Assembly: GCF_009914755.1 (NCBI RefSeq)
Contig: NC_060926.1
Length of the DNA: 64,000 nucleotides
DNA from: the human T2T-CHM13v2.0 reference genome, Homo sapiens
Direction: 5' to 3' (one strand)
Made by a program: the position numbers and the translations under genes. How positions within the stretch are numbered: position 1 is the first letter of the stretch; every line of letters begins with the position of its first letter. Positions 1-14,580 of this stretch are shown here, one piece after another. The notes below the pieces were generated by a model that made no database searches, was not told the origin of the DNA, and saw only the letters and a list, made by a program, of their open reading frames with translations.

Positions 1-275
1 TCCCTGTTTCTTTTTGTTACAATGCACAGGTCTAAGGGTTTCAGTGCCTAATCACCTGCATTCCTTCATCATCAACTTACTCCATGGTTGTTGATGGCAT
101 CCCTATCTTCACTTACCATTTGCCAAGTAAACAGATTTGATGTTTATTTCCTACCCAGATTTATGATCTAAGAGCTTCAAATGTATGTAAATATTTTTCT
201 TCCTAAATTTTCTCATTTAACACATTATACCTGAAGGTTATAGAAACAAACAATGTTTCAAGAGTGGTTAATGAT

Positions 276-347
276 TCTCTCTCTCTCTCATACACACACG
301 AGAGAGAAGGAAAAAGAGAGAGTGTGAGAGAGAGAGAGGGGAGAAGG
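276..347. repeat. Compound (CT)n/(CA)n/(GA)n microsatellite
   Basis: tctctctctctctca-tacacacac-gagagag...gagagagagagag read directly. Confidence 0.85.
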
Positions 348-3300
348 TTCTAAAACATTTTCTAAATCAGAGGACATAGGGTTAAAAGGAAATTGCAGAG
401 GTAGTCCATCAAGAGGATATCCTCTGAATGCGTGGGCCATATTTGTTCTTTAAATATTCGTGGGTAATGGATGCAGTGAGAGAGTGTTCAGATGAGGACT
501 GACAGCCAACCAGAGGCTACGAAATGAAAATAAAATTGTGCTCATTTATGAGGGGCATTAGCTACATTGAAAATTATTTTAAAGCATATGGAAGTTTTTT
601 GTAGGTTCCCATTTCCATTGGAAGATTCATATCGTTCCCTTGCGTATCCACATATCAAAACATTACCAAGCCTTTTGACAGATCATTTTTACTCTTTTAA
701 AGGCCTTTTAAGAAACTAACCCCATGATAGAAGCATTTGGAAGTTTTTCCGTGGTACTTAAATCTCTCTTGTCGTGAGTGTATTAATTCCAAACTCTAAG
801 ACAACCTACATCATCACTCCTGAGGTCTAAATAAGCCACTGTCTTTCCAGCTCAACACACACAGAACAGGGAAACAAATTTGTATATATATAAAAGTTGC
901 AGTCAAGGTCTCATTTGTACTTGCTGCCTATTTCGTACCAGAATTATATGCCCTGAGATAGGGAGCTTTTTACTGGTAGTTGGCAGTTGCCCAGAGGCTG
1001 CAAACTAAAAACAGAAGAGGAAATGTTGTACTGCATTTTAATTCCCTTCAGACTTCAAATAGGGCATTTTCCTTTTGGTCCTAAACTCAGTACACTTCAG
1101 GGCATGGGGCTGAGAAAGAAAATCTATGACCTCAGGGAGAGAATGTACTTTCAAATGTGTCTGTTTCCCCCCGCTACTTCCTTTTTGTCTCCTGGTGGTT
1201 TGGTATATCTTTTTTGAACACCAACACTTTCTTTTTGTTTCTAAAATTGGTTTCTAGCGTTATGACTTCCCTTTTAAGGCCTGGGTTGTTTTTAACTTTT
1301 ACACAGCCATCAATTCCTGTGGAGGCTCTCTCACATGGCTGTGCACTTCCCAATCACTTTTGTGAGTCCATCTTCTAACAATTATCTGACTGCTCTATTT
1401 TCTCATGCATCACTCTCCTTAGCGTCTGCTGGTAACACTTTAAATACTCAGGCTTGACTGAGCAGACCTCTCTGTGACCTGCAGTCCTTCCTCAAATGGG
1501 TTCATGTTTTCTAATACACATCTTCTGGAAGCAATCTATTTTCCCAGTAGCTGCGGAATACTTCCCTTTCAACTTTTTATGCACGTAAAGTCTAGCAAAA
1601 CTTATTATCTATAAACTCTGCAGTATGGTATTAGTTCATGGCTAAAATAAAAGGTAGCACAGAGGAAATAATAGGATAATACTTAGACTATTACTGTTGT
1701 GTAAACATGTTAGAGCTCAGGGAGAGAAGATTCAAGATTTCTCCTATGAGCTTTTTCTACCCAAGAGAACTGCCATTTCTAGTATTCTCGAAATTGAAGC
1801 AATGGTATAAAAAAAAAAAAGAAGTAAATTGGACTGAGATGTAGCCTTAAGACTTTTTCAATGCTTTAGTGAAAAACTAAAGCAAGTTAACAGAAATGAA
1901 AATGAAATGAAGGATCTTTCCTGGCAAATAAACCACTCCTCAGGCAAAAGTTTGGTACTTTTATACAAGAAAGCAACTTTCCATTAGGGGCAATTTAAGA
2001 AATCACCATCTTGAAATTCTTCATGATGGTCCCATGGCCTGTGAAGGTTAATGACCCTTCAACAGCATCTATTTTAGCACGTCATCAAATCACATTTGGA
2101 TGATATTTAAGAAACCCCCTTTACCTGTAAAACCATTTAAGCAGTTCTGAAATATGCTTCTATATCTGCAATTATTATTTACTTTATCAACATTGACAAC
2201 TGCATAGCCTAAGTTTATATCTCTTACTTATAGAAAATCTACCCACTTGTCATAACCTCACAATAACACAACACATACAAAAATAGAATGCTCAATGTAC
2301 ATGCAAGATTGTTTAAAATTCAGTGTAATCAGACTTCTTTATAAACAGTAAATGTTGAAAACAGAATTTGTCTTATTGTCCTATATTTGATCCAAAAGCG
2401 CAACACTTTAAAATGTTTATTTAAACCATTATTCCATAAATAAGAAAGACTATTTCATAAACAACTAGTTTAATTAATTTTAGCATTTCATCATTCATTG
2501 TATAACCTGAGCATTGACTTACATTTTCCCACATTTTTATCTAATGGTTAGAATTTTAGATGTAAAATTTGGTAGTTTATGTTTTTCTGAAATTAATTCA
2601 GTAGCTTTTCCATTAATAGTAGTTTTTAACTTGTTGTTATTAAATTGACCCTCCTTTCTCTCTAGAGAACATTATAAGCTTGCATGATGAAATTATTTTA
2701 AAATGTTTTGTGAATGCTATACCCATCCTAATATAGAATCAATTATTAGGGAAGCAGAAGTAATGAGACACAGATGTTAAACAGCCATATGGCAGAAGTG
2801 AAGACAATGGAGGTTATCAATAAAATAATACATTGTTTGCTAGAAATTCATGAGAGGGTCAAGTTTCACATTCAATAATGCCCTAGCACAGCTTTTCTAA
2901 ATAAATTGCAAAGAAAGCTGACTAGAAGCTCCTCTAGAACTAGAGAAGCTTATTTTGAGACTCATATTAAACAGAGACTTCTTTGACCAACACTATAACA
3001 AAATTGATTGTTGATTTAAGAGATAAATTGAAGGAAACATAATATCAATTTTTTTCTTGTGTCATAGAAGAGGAAAGAATGTGAGTAAATTATGAGTCTG
3101 ATATTTAATTAGAATCAATGAAAATGCACAATTAAAATATCTGTGCCAGAGACCAGGAAATTAAACTGTCAGGAGGACACACATTTTTGAAATAGAAAAT
3201 CTTCTCACCAATTCTCCCCATACCTATCCTCTTGCAATAATCAATAATTGAGGAAATGATAAATGAGAAAAGAATAGGAAAAAGGAAAAAAAAAATCCCT

Positions 3301-3799
3301 GCTTTTCAAAGGAAACTAGTAAATGATTGTTCCAAGAGTAAGAATTACAAATTGAAATAACTAAGAGCACATGCCTCTTTGTTTAAAACATTTCTTTATC
3401 AAATAACTATTAAAGATTAACTTCTTTGAGTACAGCATGGATTCTTTTGGATGTAATTTGACTTATCAAAATGCTGGAAGTACATATTAGTGAAATGTAA
3501 TAAAGGAAAATATATGCATTAAGAAAAACTACATATAAAAATTCTGGATAAATCTCAATGGTTTATATGAATTTAAAATAAATAACAAAACAGCAGGGTG
3601 TGGAATCATTTATTTGAAGCTATGCAAGTAATTTATTTTTAATACTCAATATCATGAGTAAAGAAAATGAAATAGATTTTATTGGCTTTTGATCCTCTCC
3701 ATGTGGACAGATACGAATCAAGACTTTAAAAAGGAAAAATGATACTGACTGTTTAATCATTGTTTTATAATGCAAAGAACATTAGTCTAAAGAAAATTA

Positions 3800-3990
3800 A
3801 CCTGAATATCAATTTCACATAAAACTGTGTAACTTTAGGTAAATCACTTCATCTATTTGAATTTCTATTTCCTCAATTGTAAAGTATAAATATGTATTGT
3901 CATTCTGTGTATTTCACCGGCTTTCAGTGAATTTAAAATCAGATTGTATAGTCACAAGTATTTTCAGAATTATCACATTATGTGAATGTA
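3800..3990 (+). mobile_element. MIR SINE fragment
   Basis: tgtgtaactttaggtaaatcacttcatctatttgaatttctatttcctcaattgtaaa resembles the MIR core. Confidence 0.65.
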
Positions 3991-4904
3991 TGATGCTAAT
4001 TTACTGTTGCTATGAAAAAGAATCAAGCTAAGAGAGAAGAGGTTTTCTGATATATGGAAATATTCCAGGACCTCATTTATCTAGAGTGGGGAGCGGGATT
4101 GTGCTAATAGATAAGACAGGCTTCATTCTATAAATATATACCTTTTCAGACTCCATAACAATCCTCTTGTGGAATTCCACCCATAACACTGTGTCTCATC
4201 CACATGAGGGATCCGCTCCCAACCACAAAAACCTGTAGGATAAAAGTTTTCTCCGAACATTGTATCCTGGGTCCTGAAATCTACTCTTAGTGTTTTATTT
4301 TTCTCTCTTGGTCTTTTGTTAAATTTTAATGAGTTATTGCAAAATGTAAATTTGTTTCTATGTCTACCAGACACACATCTGTGCATATATGCGTACATTC
4401 ATAGGATCCTGATGTCTTTGTGCAAAAAGTCCACACAACCGCCATTTGCTTGATATTCTGAGCAAGATTTTTGCAGGCTCCAGTCTTTCAGAGAATTCCA
4501 AAGATGTTTAGTATCAAACAGCACAAAGAGGAGAAAATGTATGATATAATAATTTGATATGTCAATCTATCTTTATTATTACTATGTGAGCTTTAGTTCA
4601 AAATCTTCCCTCTCTCGCTTCTATAGTAAATGACAAGAATACGATGGTAAAGTGCAAAGCTTTAACTGCTCTTTCCTGGAATCACCACTAAAAAGCCTTT
4701 TTAGCTTTTTTAATTCTACCAAATCATCACTCATTATTCTAGCAATCTATTACAACTGAGTTATAGATCATTCAGACTTTGAAAATATGGTTCATTTTAA
4801 ACCCTGAATACAGATGGGCCAGTGATTAATCCACATCTACTCACAAAGAGTGTATTTCATCCCTTAGTCTCATAGGTTAGAGAAAAAGACACCCTGAAAA
4901 AAAC

Positions 4905-5272
<368 letters not shown>

Positions 5273-5885
5273 TAAGCTACATGCTCTTGGCACTCAAAGT
5301 TAAATTATAGAAATAATACACTTGAATAGTTATAAACCTGCAAAAATTTCATCAAATCAGCTGACAAATTATCAATGATTTATGTGGTACCAACATTCCT
5401 GAATTGAACACAAACTGTGCATGAATACAAGGAATTTGGTGTACAGAAATAGTGATGACCCAGGAAGTTATTATAGATTTAAGGATGTATATAGTACTAC
5501 AGTGGTGCCGGCTGCTTTTCCAGCATTTAGAGAAACAGGCAACAGAGTTATGATTCAGCTCTTCCTCTGGTCATTTTAATGTGCTTTTAAAAACAGGCAT
5601 TTTTCTAAGCAATTGATTACATGAGTCATATCATGTTCATGATCCCACCACTACTTTTGCTATTTCTTGGTTTCTCAATCAAATTCTATGAAAAATTTTA
5701 TTGTTCCCATTTTGTAATTCCGTAGGTATTTCTAAGTTTTCCAAAGATGACAAGGAAGTTTGTGCTCCTATTTTCTAATTCTTCAGATATTTATGACTCT
5801 TTTTAAATCCAAGCCTATCAAAATATTTTCTATTTCCAGCTCATAATTCAAGGATGTACAACAGTTGATGGTTGCAGGATTAGAC

Positions 5886-6188
5886 CAGGAGTTTGCACAA
5901 CTTCCTCGAAAGATTCAGATAGCAAATATTTTAGGCTTTGAAGACCTAAATGTTCTCTGTTATAACTATTGAATGCTACCATGATAGTGTAAAAGTAGCC
6001 ATAGATTATAGAAAAGTAAATAAGCAAGGTATTGTTCCAATAAAACTGTATTTGTGAATAATAAAATCTAAATTTTATATAATATCGTGTGTAACAAATC
6101 TTTTGACCTTTTTCAAGCACTTAAAAATGTAAGAGCATGGGACCTACAAAAGTAAGCCACAGGCCAAATTTAGTTTTCCACGTCCTAG
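5886..6188 (+). mobile_element. MER58B-like hAT-Charlie DNA transposon fossil
   Basis: cagatagcaaatattttaggcttt...gttccaataaaactgtattt...aaaaatgtaa matches recalled MER58B consensus. Confidence 0.8.
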
Positions 6189-8439
6189 GTTAGGCAAATG
6201 CGTTATTGAAATAGAAAGAGCCTTTCACCCAGACAATGTATGTTACTATAATCAAAAGCATCCTGGGAAAATAGGTGTTTCCAATAGCTCCTAACTTGAA
6301 CTAAGCTGCTCAAGTCATGATAATGCCACTTAAATCTTGTTCTGTGCTTAATAGACCATCAATTACCATCAACAATTTATCACATATATTATTTCACTTA
6401 ATTCCCTTTTCCTATAGATGGAGAATTTGAGATTGAAAATCATTAAGTAATATGCCTAAAGTCACACAATTAAAACCTACTTCACACCTTAAAGAACAAA
6501 GAAGCCAATGTGAAAATTTAACACATTAGGGAGTATGCAAGTCATTTTTGTTAAAAAACAAAAAAAAAAGCATAAAAACATCACACCCTCATATTGACCA
6601 ACAGATACAATATTGGTGACTTTCAAATATTGTCATCATTAATAGATGCATTTATAAGTGCATTGGAGTGTGTGTTCTAATTTGAGTTTTAAAGAGTAAT
6701 TCATATATGTTCAATATTTAGCCAATTTAAATTTTTGAATTTTGAAGAGCATAATTTTAATGACAGTTGAATTAGTGAAGAAAAGTGCTTCAAGACTCAT
6801 AGAAAGCCAGAGACTTTCGTTTTTGAGATGCTCTTGACTTTTTTGAAGGGCAACGTGATTGTAAAATGGTGCTTGGCTTCTGATTTAATTAGTAGTAATT
6901 TGGAATTTCTAAACTGTATAACAAATGATTTAGTTAAGGTCTTTAAAAAATGAGACTAAACATTATTACAATAAATACCACATTGTTATGATGAACTTGT
7001 GCTATTTTAGGATCACTGAAATATAGTTACCTGGATTCCTTATACCTTTTCCAGATTTCCTGTGTTAACATCTCCTGTGCTCATAAACTGCCAGTACTAC
7101 TCTTATGAAAGCAATATTAAAATGCCATGTCAATAGTGGTGAATCATGCTCTACATTTTTAGTTCGCACAAATAAATATTAAAGAAAACCCTGTTGACAA
7201 AATGAAAATATATGCAAGACATACTATATAGCTGCTAAAAAATATAACATCAAAAAAACAACAACAACATCCAAAATAGCACTTTCATATTCCAAAAGAT
7301 ATCATTCAAGTTAAAATCTTCCCTCCAAACAAGGAGCTTTTTTATAACAAAACATGAATAACAAGTCTACTTACTCCTTAATTATTAAAAGAAAGTCAAT
7401 AGGTTATGGAGGAATTATTAAAATTCAAACAATGTCAATTTCTTCAACAAACATTTCCAATAGAGGTTCCAGGTGTTTTACTGTATTTGAATACAGGCAT
7501 AATCAAGAAAGTGGACTCTGCCATCCAGAAATTCATCTTTTGTTGAGACAGACATGAGATCAGATTTATGTTTTAGTTTTAAACATGCTTTGGAAGAATA
7601 AGACAGATGAAATTATTCTGCCTGTAGCTGTCAAGTAAGATGACATTTGAGCTAAGTCTTAAAAACAGTAATTTGGAAAGCTCTGTTTAATCTAAACTCT
7701 TCATATTCATAGTTAACTACCACCAAATCCAATGTCCAGCGTGTTCATGAAGTGTTTGTCGTTTGGTGAAAATATCATGTCAAATTTCATCTCTTTTGTC
7801 CCCTTTTGCTATGAACATTCACACATACAGATTGAGCACAATCCTTATAGCTCAATTTTAATTCTCAGTCCCATGTATTCAATAATACACATGTTGTGAG
7901 TGTTAGAATTCAAACAAGATCAAGTTGTTATTCTTTGCAATCTATAAACTAGAGTTAACTTGGAGTACGTCTCTGGCTAAAATAAATAAATGTAAACAAT
8001 ATTTTTAAAAAATGTAATCTAATAGAATACATAAATAGATACTTAGAAATGGTCAAATGTAAGTTCATTCTATTCTCCATTATTATTTTTTAATGTGTTT
8101 TAAAGCATTTCAAAGAAGTTCTCATGTGAGGAAAGCTAGAAATCTGTAAATTGCTAAATATATATTACATAATATCTGCTGTAGGAGGAAAAGTCTCTGG
8201 AAATTTTCTAGAAGTTATGGCAGGCATCATGGCAAATTTCTAATAGCTTTGCTTTTTTGGCATTGAGTCAACCCTAAAAGATTATTCCTGCAATATTTCA
8301 CTTCAAATTATGTAATGTTCTATTCTTTTTTGCGATAAACAAATATGAAATGATGGTGAATAAATCAGACAGAAAGCATATGATTTATGACTAGGTGAAC
8401 CTTACACCTTTGCAGATTTGAACAATTGCAAGCTTTGCA

Positions 8440-8600
8440 GATTGAACAAGTTACTTAACATCTCTCCATCAGTATCTTTATATGTATAATAAATATACTA
8501 ATACCAGCTTTCTAACTTTATTTTTAAGATTAAATAAAGTAATTTAACTAAAAGAATTAGGGCAGATTTTTGGCACATTATAAGCTTTCTATGATTTTTA
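8440..8600 (+). mobile_element. MIR SINE fragment
   Basis: gaacaagttacttaacatctct...tggcacattataagc. Confidence 0.6.
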
Positions 8601-9194
8601 ATGTCAACATTCCCATCCTATTAAAATTCACATTTGGAAAGAATATTAAAGATATCTATTCAAATATTTTATTATATTTAACATGAGATTGTATGGCTAA
8701 AAATATGCAGCTTTACTTCTTTTCATATAATGTTTAAGCAAATTAATACCATGACTTCCTGAAATATTATATTTATCTTTATAGTAATGGATATCTACCA
8801 TACTTCTGATATAGAAGGTTGTATGCTTTGATTTTTCATCTGAACTTTTTCCTAAATAAAAAGACATTACAAAAATTAGAGCCTCCAAGTATTGCAGGAT
8901 AATGTGGAATATAATACTGTTAATCATGTAAAGGTCTGGTATTAAAACAGAATTAGCAGCAGATTAGGAAGAGGTAGAACATTTTCAAACTCTGCTCTCT
9001 TTGTCTCATTTTTAAGGTAGGCAAGTGTGGATGACCTTTTTTTCTATTCCTTCCTACTAATAGAGTTAGAATAGTTCTGTTAAACTAGCTTTAATTTCTT
9101 TTAGTGCCTATTTGCAGTCCTATTGAAAATAAGAACTTACATAGAAAAGGTTAAAAGTTACATATGGTATTCAGGTATTAAAAAAGATTAAGGT

Positions 9195-9488
9195 AGTTTT
9201 TTATGTACTGATAGCAGAAGATTCCCAAACTATCTCATTAAGTGAAAAGAGTAAGGTATAGAACAACGTGACAGTTTGCTACTATTTGAGTAAAAACTAA
9301 ATATATTTATTATCCATATACCCTAAATATACCCGTGAATGATAGAAATCCATTACTATGAAGATAAGCAAATATAAGAACTTGGTAAAATTGGTTGTCT
9401 CTTGGAGAGGAATCTGTGTAGTCAGGAAGAATTTGCAGATAATCTTAGTTTCACTGCATACCCTCTTGAACATTTAAATATTATACAA
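9195..9488 (+). mobile_element. Ancient L1 (L1M-type) 3' fragment, interrupted by the Alu at 9489
   Basis: tatgtactgata...attaagtgaaaagagtaagg...aattggttgtctcttggagagg...tttcactgcataccctctt. Confidence 0.55.
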
Positions 9489-9801
9489 GGCCAATCATGG
9501 TGGCCCAGGCCTGTAGTCCCAGCACATTGGGAGGCCAAGGCTGGAGATCATTTGAGCCCAGAAGTTTGAGGCCAACCTAGCCAACATCCTGAAACCCTGT
9601 CTCTACAAAAAATACAAAAAAAAAAAATTATTCAGGCATGACAGTATGCACCTGTAGTCCCAGCTTCTCAAGAGGCTGAGGCAGGGGGATTGCTTCAGCC
9701 CAGGAGGCTGAAGTTGAGGTTGCAGTGAGCTGAGGTTGTGTCACTGCACTCCAGCCTGGGTAAGAAAGCGACCCTGTCTCAAAAAAAAAAAAAAAAAAAA
9801 A
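9489..9801 (+). mobile_element. Alu, full length (AluJ-type)
   Basis: ggccaatcatggtggcccaggcctgtagtcccagc...accctgtctc plus poly-A; J-type ttgagcccag. Confidence 0.95.
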
Positions 9802-9840
9802 GTTACACCATATAATTTTCTTTCCTTAAAAACAAACACA

Positions 9841-10010
9841 AGCTGGGTATGGTTGCACACATCTGTAGTCCTAGCTACTGAAAAGGCTGAAGCAGGAGGA
9901 TTGCTTGAGCCCAGGGATTCAAGGTTACAGTGAACTACAATCACACCACCGCACTTCACCCTGGGTGAAAGAGCAAGATCCTGTCTCTAAAAGAAAAAAG
10001 AAAAAAAAAA
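9841..10010 (+). mobile_element. Alu monomer (FRAM/FAM-like)
   Basis: agctgggtatggttgcacacatctgtagtcctagctact...gatcctgtctct plus A-rich tail. Confidence 0.9.
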
Positions 10011-10560
10011 CAAATACACAGATAAACAAAAACTTATTGAACATGGAGCACAGTAATTTTGAGTGTTTATCATGGGCAAGAAGTCATGGCCTTCCAGGAA
10101 TACTGAGATGAGGAAGTCCATGGTGCAAGGTCTCATGGGACATAGGGTAATGAGGCAAAATACACTGATTCTCCTCACAGCTCTTTTCCTTTCTCCCATC
10201 CTCCCCAATCCCAACACCATGGAGATAAAGGAGATGAATTGGAAGAGTTCCTTGAGAGTTACTAAAATTTTGGAGTTGATAACATTTTTCTAAAAATCTC
10301 TACTGGAATCATGTTTGAACCAGAGCATTGTTAATTTTTTCGTGGTCTTACCCCACATTTCCATTGATTCTCTAGAAATATTATCAGTGCAGTTGTTGTC
10401 TTAGTTTAGGCTATTTCAAGATAATGGAAGATCTAGCAGGAAGATCCTGTTTAGGGTATTAAATAGGTCTAGTCATCATAATTTCAATTATGAAGGCTAT
10501 AATTTAAATTATCACTTTAAATCAGTTTAAAGAAAGTCTTCTCTTAAGAAATTTACCACT

Positions 10561-10743
10561 CTTCTTCTTCTTCTTCTTCTTCTTCTTCTTCTTTTCTTCT
10601 TCTTCTTCTTCTTCTTCTTCTTCTTCTTCTTCTTCTTCTTCTTCTTCTTCTTCTTCTTCTTCTTCTTCTTCTCCTCCTCCTCCTCCTCCTCCTCCTCCTC
10701 CTCCTCCTCCTTCTCCTCCTTCTCCTCCTTCTCCTCCTCCTTC

Positions 10744-10750
<7 letters not shown>
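10561..10750. repeat. Compound trinucleotide tract (CTT)11 TT (CTT)25 (CTC)13 then mixed CTT/CTC (GAA/GAG on the minus strand)
   Basis: Counted directly; ~190 nt of pure pyrimidine on the + strand. Confidence 0.97.
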
Positions 10751-11254
<504 letters not shown>

Positions 11255-11294
11255 AAACCATATCATTCCCCGTTAAGTGTTTAAATTTATTATC

Positions 11295-11420
11295 TCCCTT
11301 AATTTGCACAACACTAATATGAGGTTTGTACTAGTATCCTCTTTCTACAAGTGAGGACACAAAGCATCAGAGAGATCAAATAACTTGTCCAGATTCACAC
11401 AGCTAAGAAGAAGCATGTTT
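11295..11420 (-). mobile_element. MIR SINE fragment
   Basis: tttctacaagtgaggacacaaagcatcagagagatcaaataacttgtccagattcacacagcta. Confidence 0.7.
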
Positions 11421-11664
11421 GCATTAAGAATCAAAAGCTATAATCCTACACATCAAAATGTATTGCCTTCTTCAACCACAGTGATTAGAAATTCTTCTAG
11501 TGGCAGTCTTCCTATAGCCCATCTCATATATTTACTCATGGTCAAATGAATCTTCTCTGTCTCATGACTAGGGCCTCTAGTTTCTAAGCACTTCCACACT
11601 GTTGTTTTCTATTATGTTTTATTAGGCTTGTCTACTTCCTTACACAGTTTGGCCCATGGTTTGC

Positions 11665-12312
11665 ATGGTAGGCAAAATAATGGGCCTTCAAAGATGTCCA
11701 TGTCTTAATGCCCAGAACCTGTGAATATGTTACCTTGGCAAAAGGAACCTTACAGATGAGAGTAAAGCTAAGAACCTTGAGATGAAAAGATAATTCTGGA
11801 TTATCCACGTGGGCCCAGTTCAATCACATGAGTCCTTTAAAGCAAAGAAGCAGCCAGGCATGGAGGCTCATGAATGTAATCACAGCGCTTCAGGAGGCCA
11901 AAGTGGGAGAATTGCTTGAGCCCAGCAGTTTGAGACAAGCCTGGAAACATAGTGAGAGCCAATCTCTAAATAATAATAGTAATAATAAATAAAGTGAAGA
12001 ACCTCTCCCAGTTGTGATCATAAAGAGACATGGCAACGGAAGAATTTTAGACAGATGTGGCATTGATGACTTTGAAGACAAAAAGGCCATGAGAGAAGGA
12101 ATGAGAGCAGCTTCCAAAAGCTAGAATAGGAAAGGAAACAGATTTCCCCCACATATTCCATAAAGAAACACAGCCCTGCTAGCACCTTGATTTTAGACTA
12201 GTGGAACACGTGTTGAACTTCTGACTTAGCAAAGAGTAAAATTACATATTTGTGTGATATAAGCCATTAAATTTCTGATAATTTGTACCAGTAGCAACAG
12301 AAAATGAATACA
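11665..12312 (+). mobile_element. MaLR solo LTR (MLT1D-like), split by a FLAM insertion
   Basis: tggtaggcaaaataatgggccttcaaagatgtccatgtcttaatgcccagaacctgtgaatatgttacc...gtagcaacagaaaatgaataca. Confidence 0.85.
11852..11990 (+). mobile_element. Alu left monomer (FLAM) nested in the MLT1 LTR
   Basis: agccaggcatggaggctcatg...ttgagcccagcagtttgagacaagcctgg; (TAA)n tail; TSD-like aaagcaaagaagc / aaagtgaagaacc. Confidence 0.9.
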
Positions 12313-12564
12313 GTTTATCCGCATGGATCTTGGTGATGCTTCCCTTCACCTCCTCCTAGATCTACCACTCCAGCCCCCAAACCTAGGTAAGTTCTACTCC
12401 ACACTGACCTTGACACAATTAAACCAGAATCTGCCAAGTTCACACTTCTTATTATGAACATGCTACTATCATCAAGTTTTTGATCACTTGCAGCTGAACC
12501 CACTCACGATAGACTCACTCAGTTAACCTCACCTTGGCAACCCTCTGCTGGGGGAGGCATGTAG

Positions 12565-12700
12565 GCACCATTTTACAGATGAGGTAACTCATGCTCAGAT
12601 AGTTGGAATAATTTGCTCATGGTCAAAAAGCTAGTAAGCGGGCAAGCAGAATTGAAACCCTGGGTATCTAACTGCTGATCCTAAGCACAGTGCCTCCCCT
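12565..12700 (-). mobile_element. MIR SINE fragment
   Basis: ccattttacagatgaggtaact...aatttgctcatggtcaaaaagctagtaag. Confidence 0.8.
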
Positions 12701-13029
12701 TAGAAGTATTTTTTCCTCTTTTCTACTTACCTGCTCTAGCTACATCATGGGTCCCATCTTCTCGTCTCCTCTATTCATCTATTGTTCCACCAATTTCTTC
12801 CTCTTCTAAGGATCTTTTGTCGGCTACTCTTATTCAGTGTCTTCAAACCAAATTTATTCAGCCAACCTAAACACGTATTGAGTACCAACTTGTGTGAGGA
12901 ATTACATATCATTTACCAGACATATCAATAATGAATGAGGAAGGAGAAAAGATTCCCTTTCTTAAGCTTGCATTTTACTTTTGAAAATGAGCATTGAGGC
13001 CTGCAGCACAAAATTTAACAGCCCTCTTT

Positions 13030-14040
13030 TAATCTTTATCCTCCTTAAATCATCTTCAGCATCTGACACTGCTGACATCCAGGCTAGTTAGAAACTGCCT
13101 GCTCCTTCAACATATCCAACACTGTTCTCTTCAGATTCTCTTACTTCTCCAATTATTCTGTTTCTTTCACTGGCTTGTTTCTTTCCTCCTAATACTTAAA
13201 CAAAGCATTCTTTCATATTGGGTTGTAGATCCTGCTTTCTTCTTTACTTAGTATTGCTCATTGATGTCCAAAGTTCCAGCATCCCTTTTCCTAATGGTTC
13301 CCAAATGGAAACCTTCAGTTTTAACATCTTTTGTTGTCTAAGCTGGAATTTCCAGTATTGTCGTAGGTAAACATTCATGGTTGTCCAACAAACAGCGTAA
13401 ACCAAACGCATCTAAAACTGTACTCTACCTCTCAAACTGGTTCTTCTCTCAATGTTTTTAATTAGTAGTCTCATTTTCCAGCATGGGCCAAGATATCGCA
13501 GAGACATATAAATGCATTCCTCTCCCTACACATGCTTTCACCTCTAATGTCTGTCAGATCAATATCATCCTTACATCCTAATTTCCAATGCTTTGGTGCC
13601 AGTTCTCTGCTTCTATTTTTAAAAGCTCTTGCAGCAGCCTGATAATTGGCCTCCCAATTTGCGTTAATTCGTTCTTTCCACACTGCAAGCAGAGGTAGTC
13701 TTTTAAAAACAATTATCTGGACATGTTTTTTCCCAGTACAAAACTCTTTGACAGTCCTGTTGCCAACCCAGTGATGTCCTAATTCTTTAGCCTGACATGT
13801 AAACTCCTTTACAAGCTGGTCTAAGGTACTTCTCTAGCTGTAACTGTTAGCATTCCCACTTTCACCAGTCCACTTTTCACTCCAATCATCAAAAACTACT
13901 GAGCATTTTTCAAGGACAATAGACTCTTACGTCTCTGTGCTTTGGTTCATGTGTCCCGTGCAGCAGGCATGCTTTTTCTCATCTCCTACCTCACCTTCCA
14001 TGTAGCTGTACTTTCATAATCTCCTCAATGATCCCTTCTT
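13030..14040 (+). mobile_element. L2 LINE fragment (degraded)
   Basis: cttcagcatctgacactgctgac...ccacactgcaagcagaggtagtcttttaaaa...tctctgtgctttggttcatg, pyrimidine-rich L2-like motifs. Confidence 0.7.
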
Positions 14041-14374
14041 TTTAATATCTCCTTTTATTCCTTTGGTCTAATTAATCCTGAATCAATTATCTATTTAATT
14101 TATTATAGTAAGTGTGGATACAAAGATAAAAGGTGGGCCTTATTGTCTAGTAGAAAGAAAATAAATGGAATGTTGTATCTTCATATATATTTTTCAAAAT
14201 CGGTATGTATGAGGAACTGTGAGCACAAAGAGGGGAGGACGACCTAGCTCTGTTGGGTGACAGTGGCAGAGACTTTGAGAAAGGAACAAGGAAGACTATA
14301 GAGAAGATGATATTTGCTGTATGTCTTGAATATACACAAAAGAGCAAGAGTTTCAAAGTTACCCAGGGGAGGCC

Positions 14375-14580
14375 TGTATCTAAAATCTAGCTGTGGCACT
14401 TATTAGCTATGTAGCTTTAGATAAAGTTATTTTACCTTTCCTAATGTCAATTTCCTCATCTATACAACAGATAGAATAAATAATATGCAACTTGAAGGGT
14501 ATTATGAGATTTCAATGACATGTTCCTTTGAAAGCATCTCAATCAGTGCTCAAAAATGTTAGTTTGCTGTCATTATTGTT
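14375..14580 (+). mobile_element. MIR SINE
   Basis: aatctagctgtggcacttattagctatgtagctttagataaagttatttt...tttcctcatctat. Confidence 0.75.
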
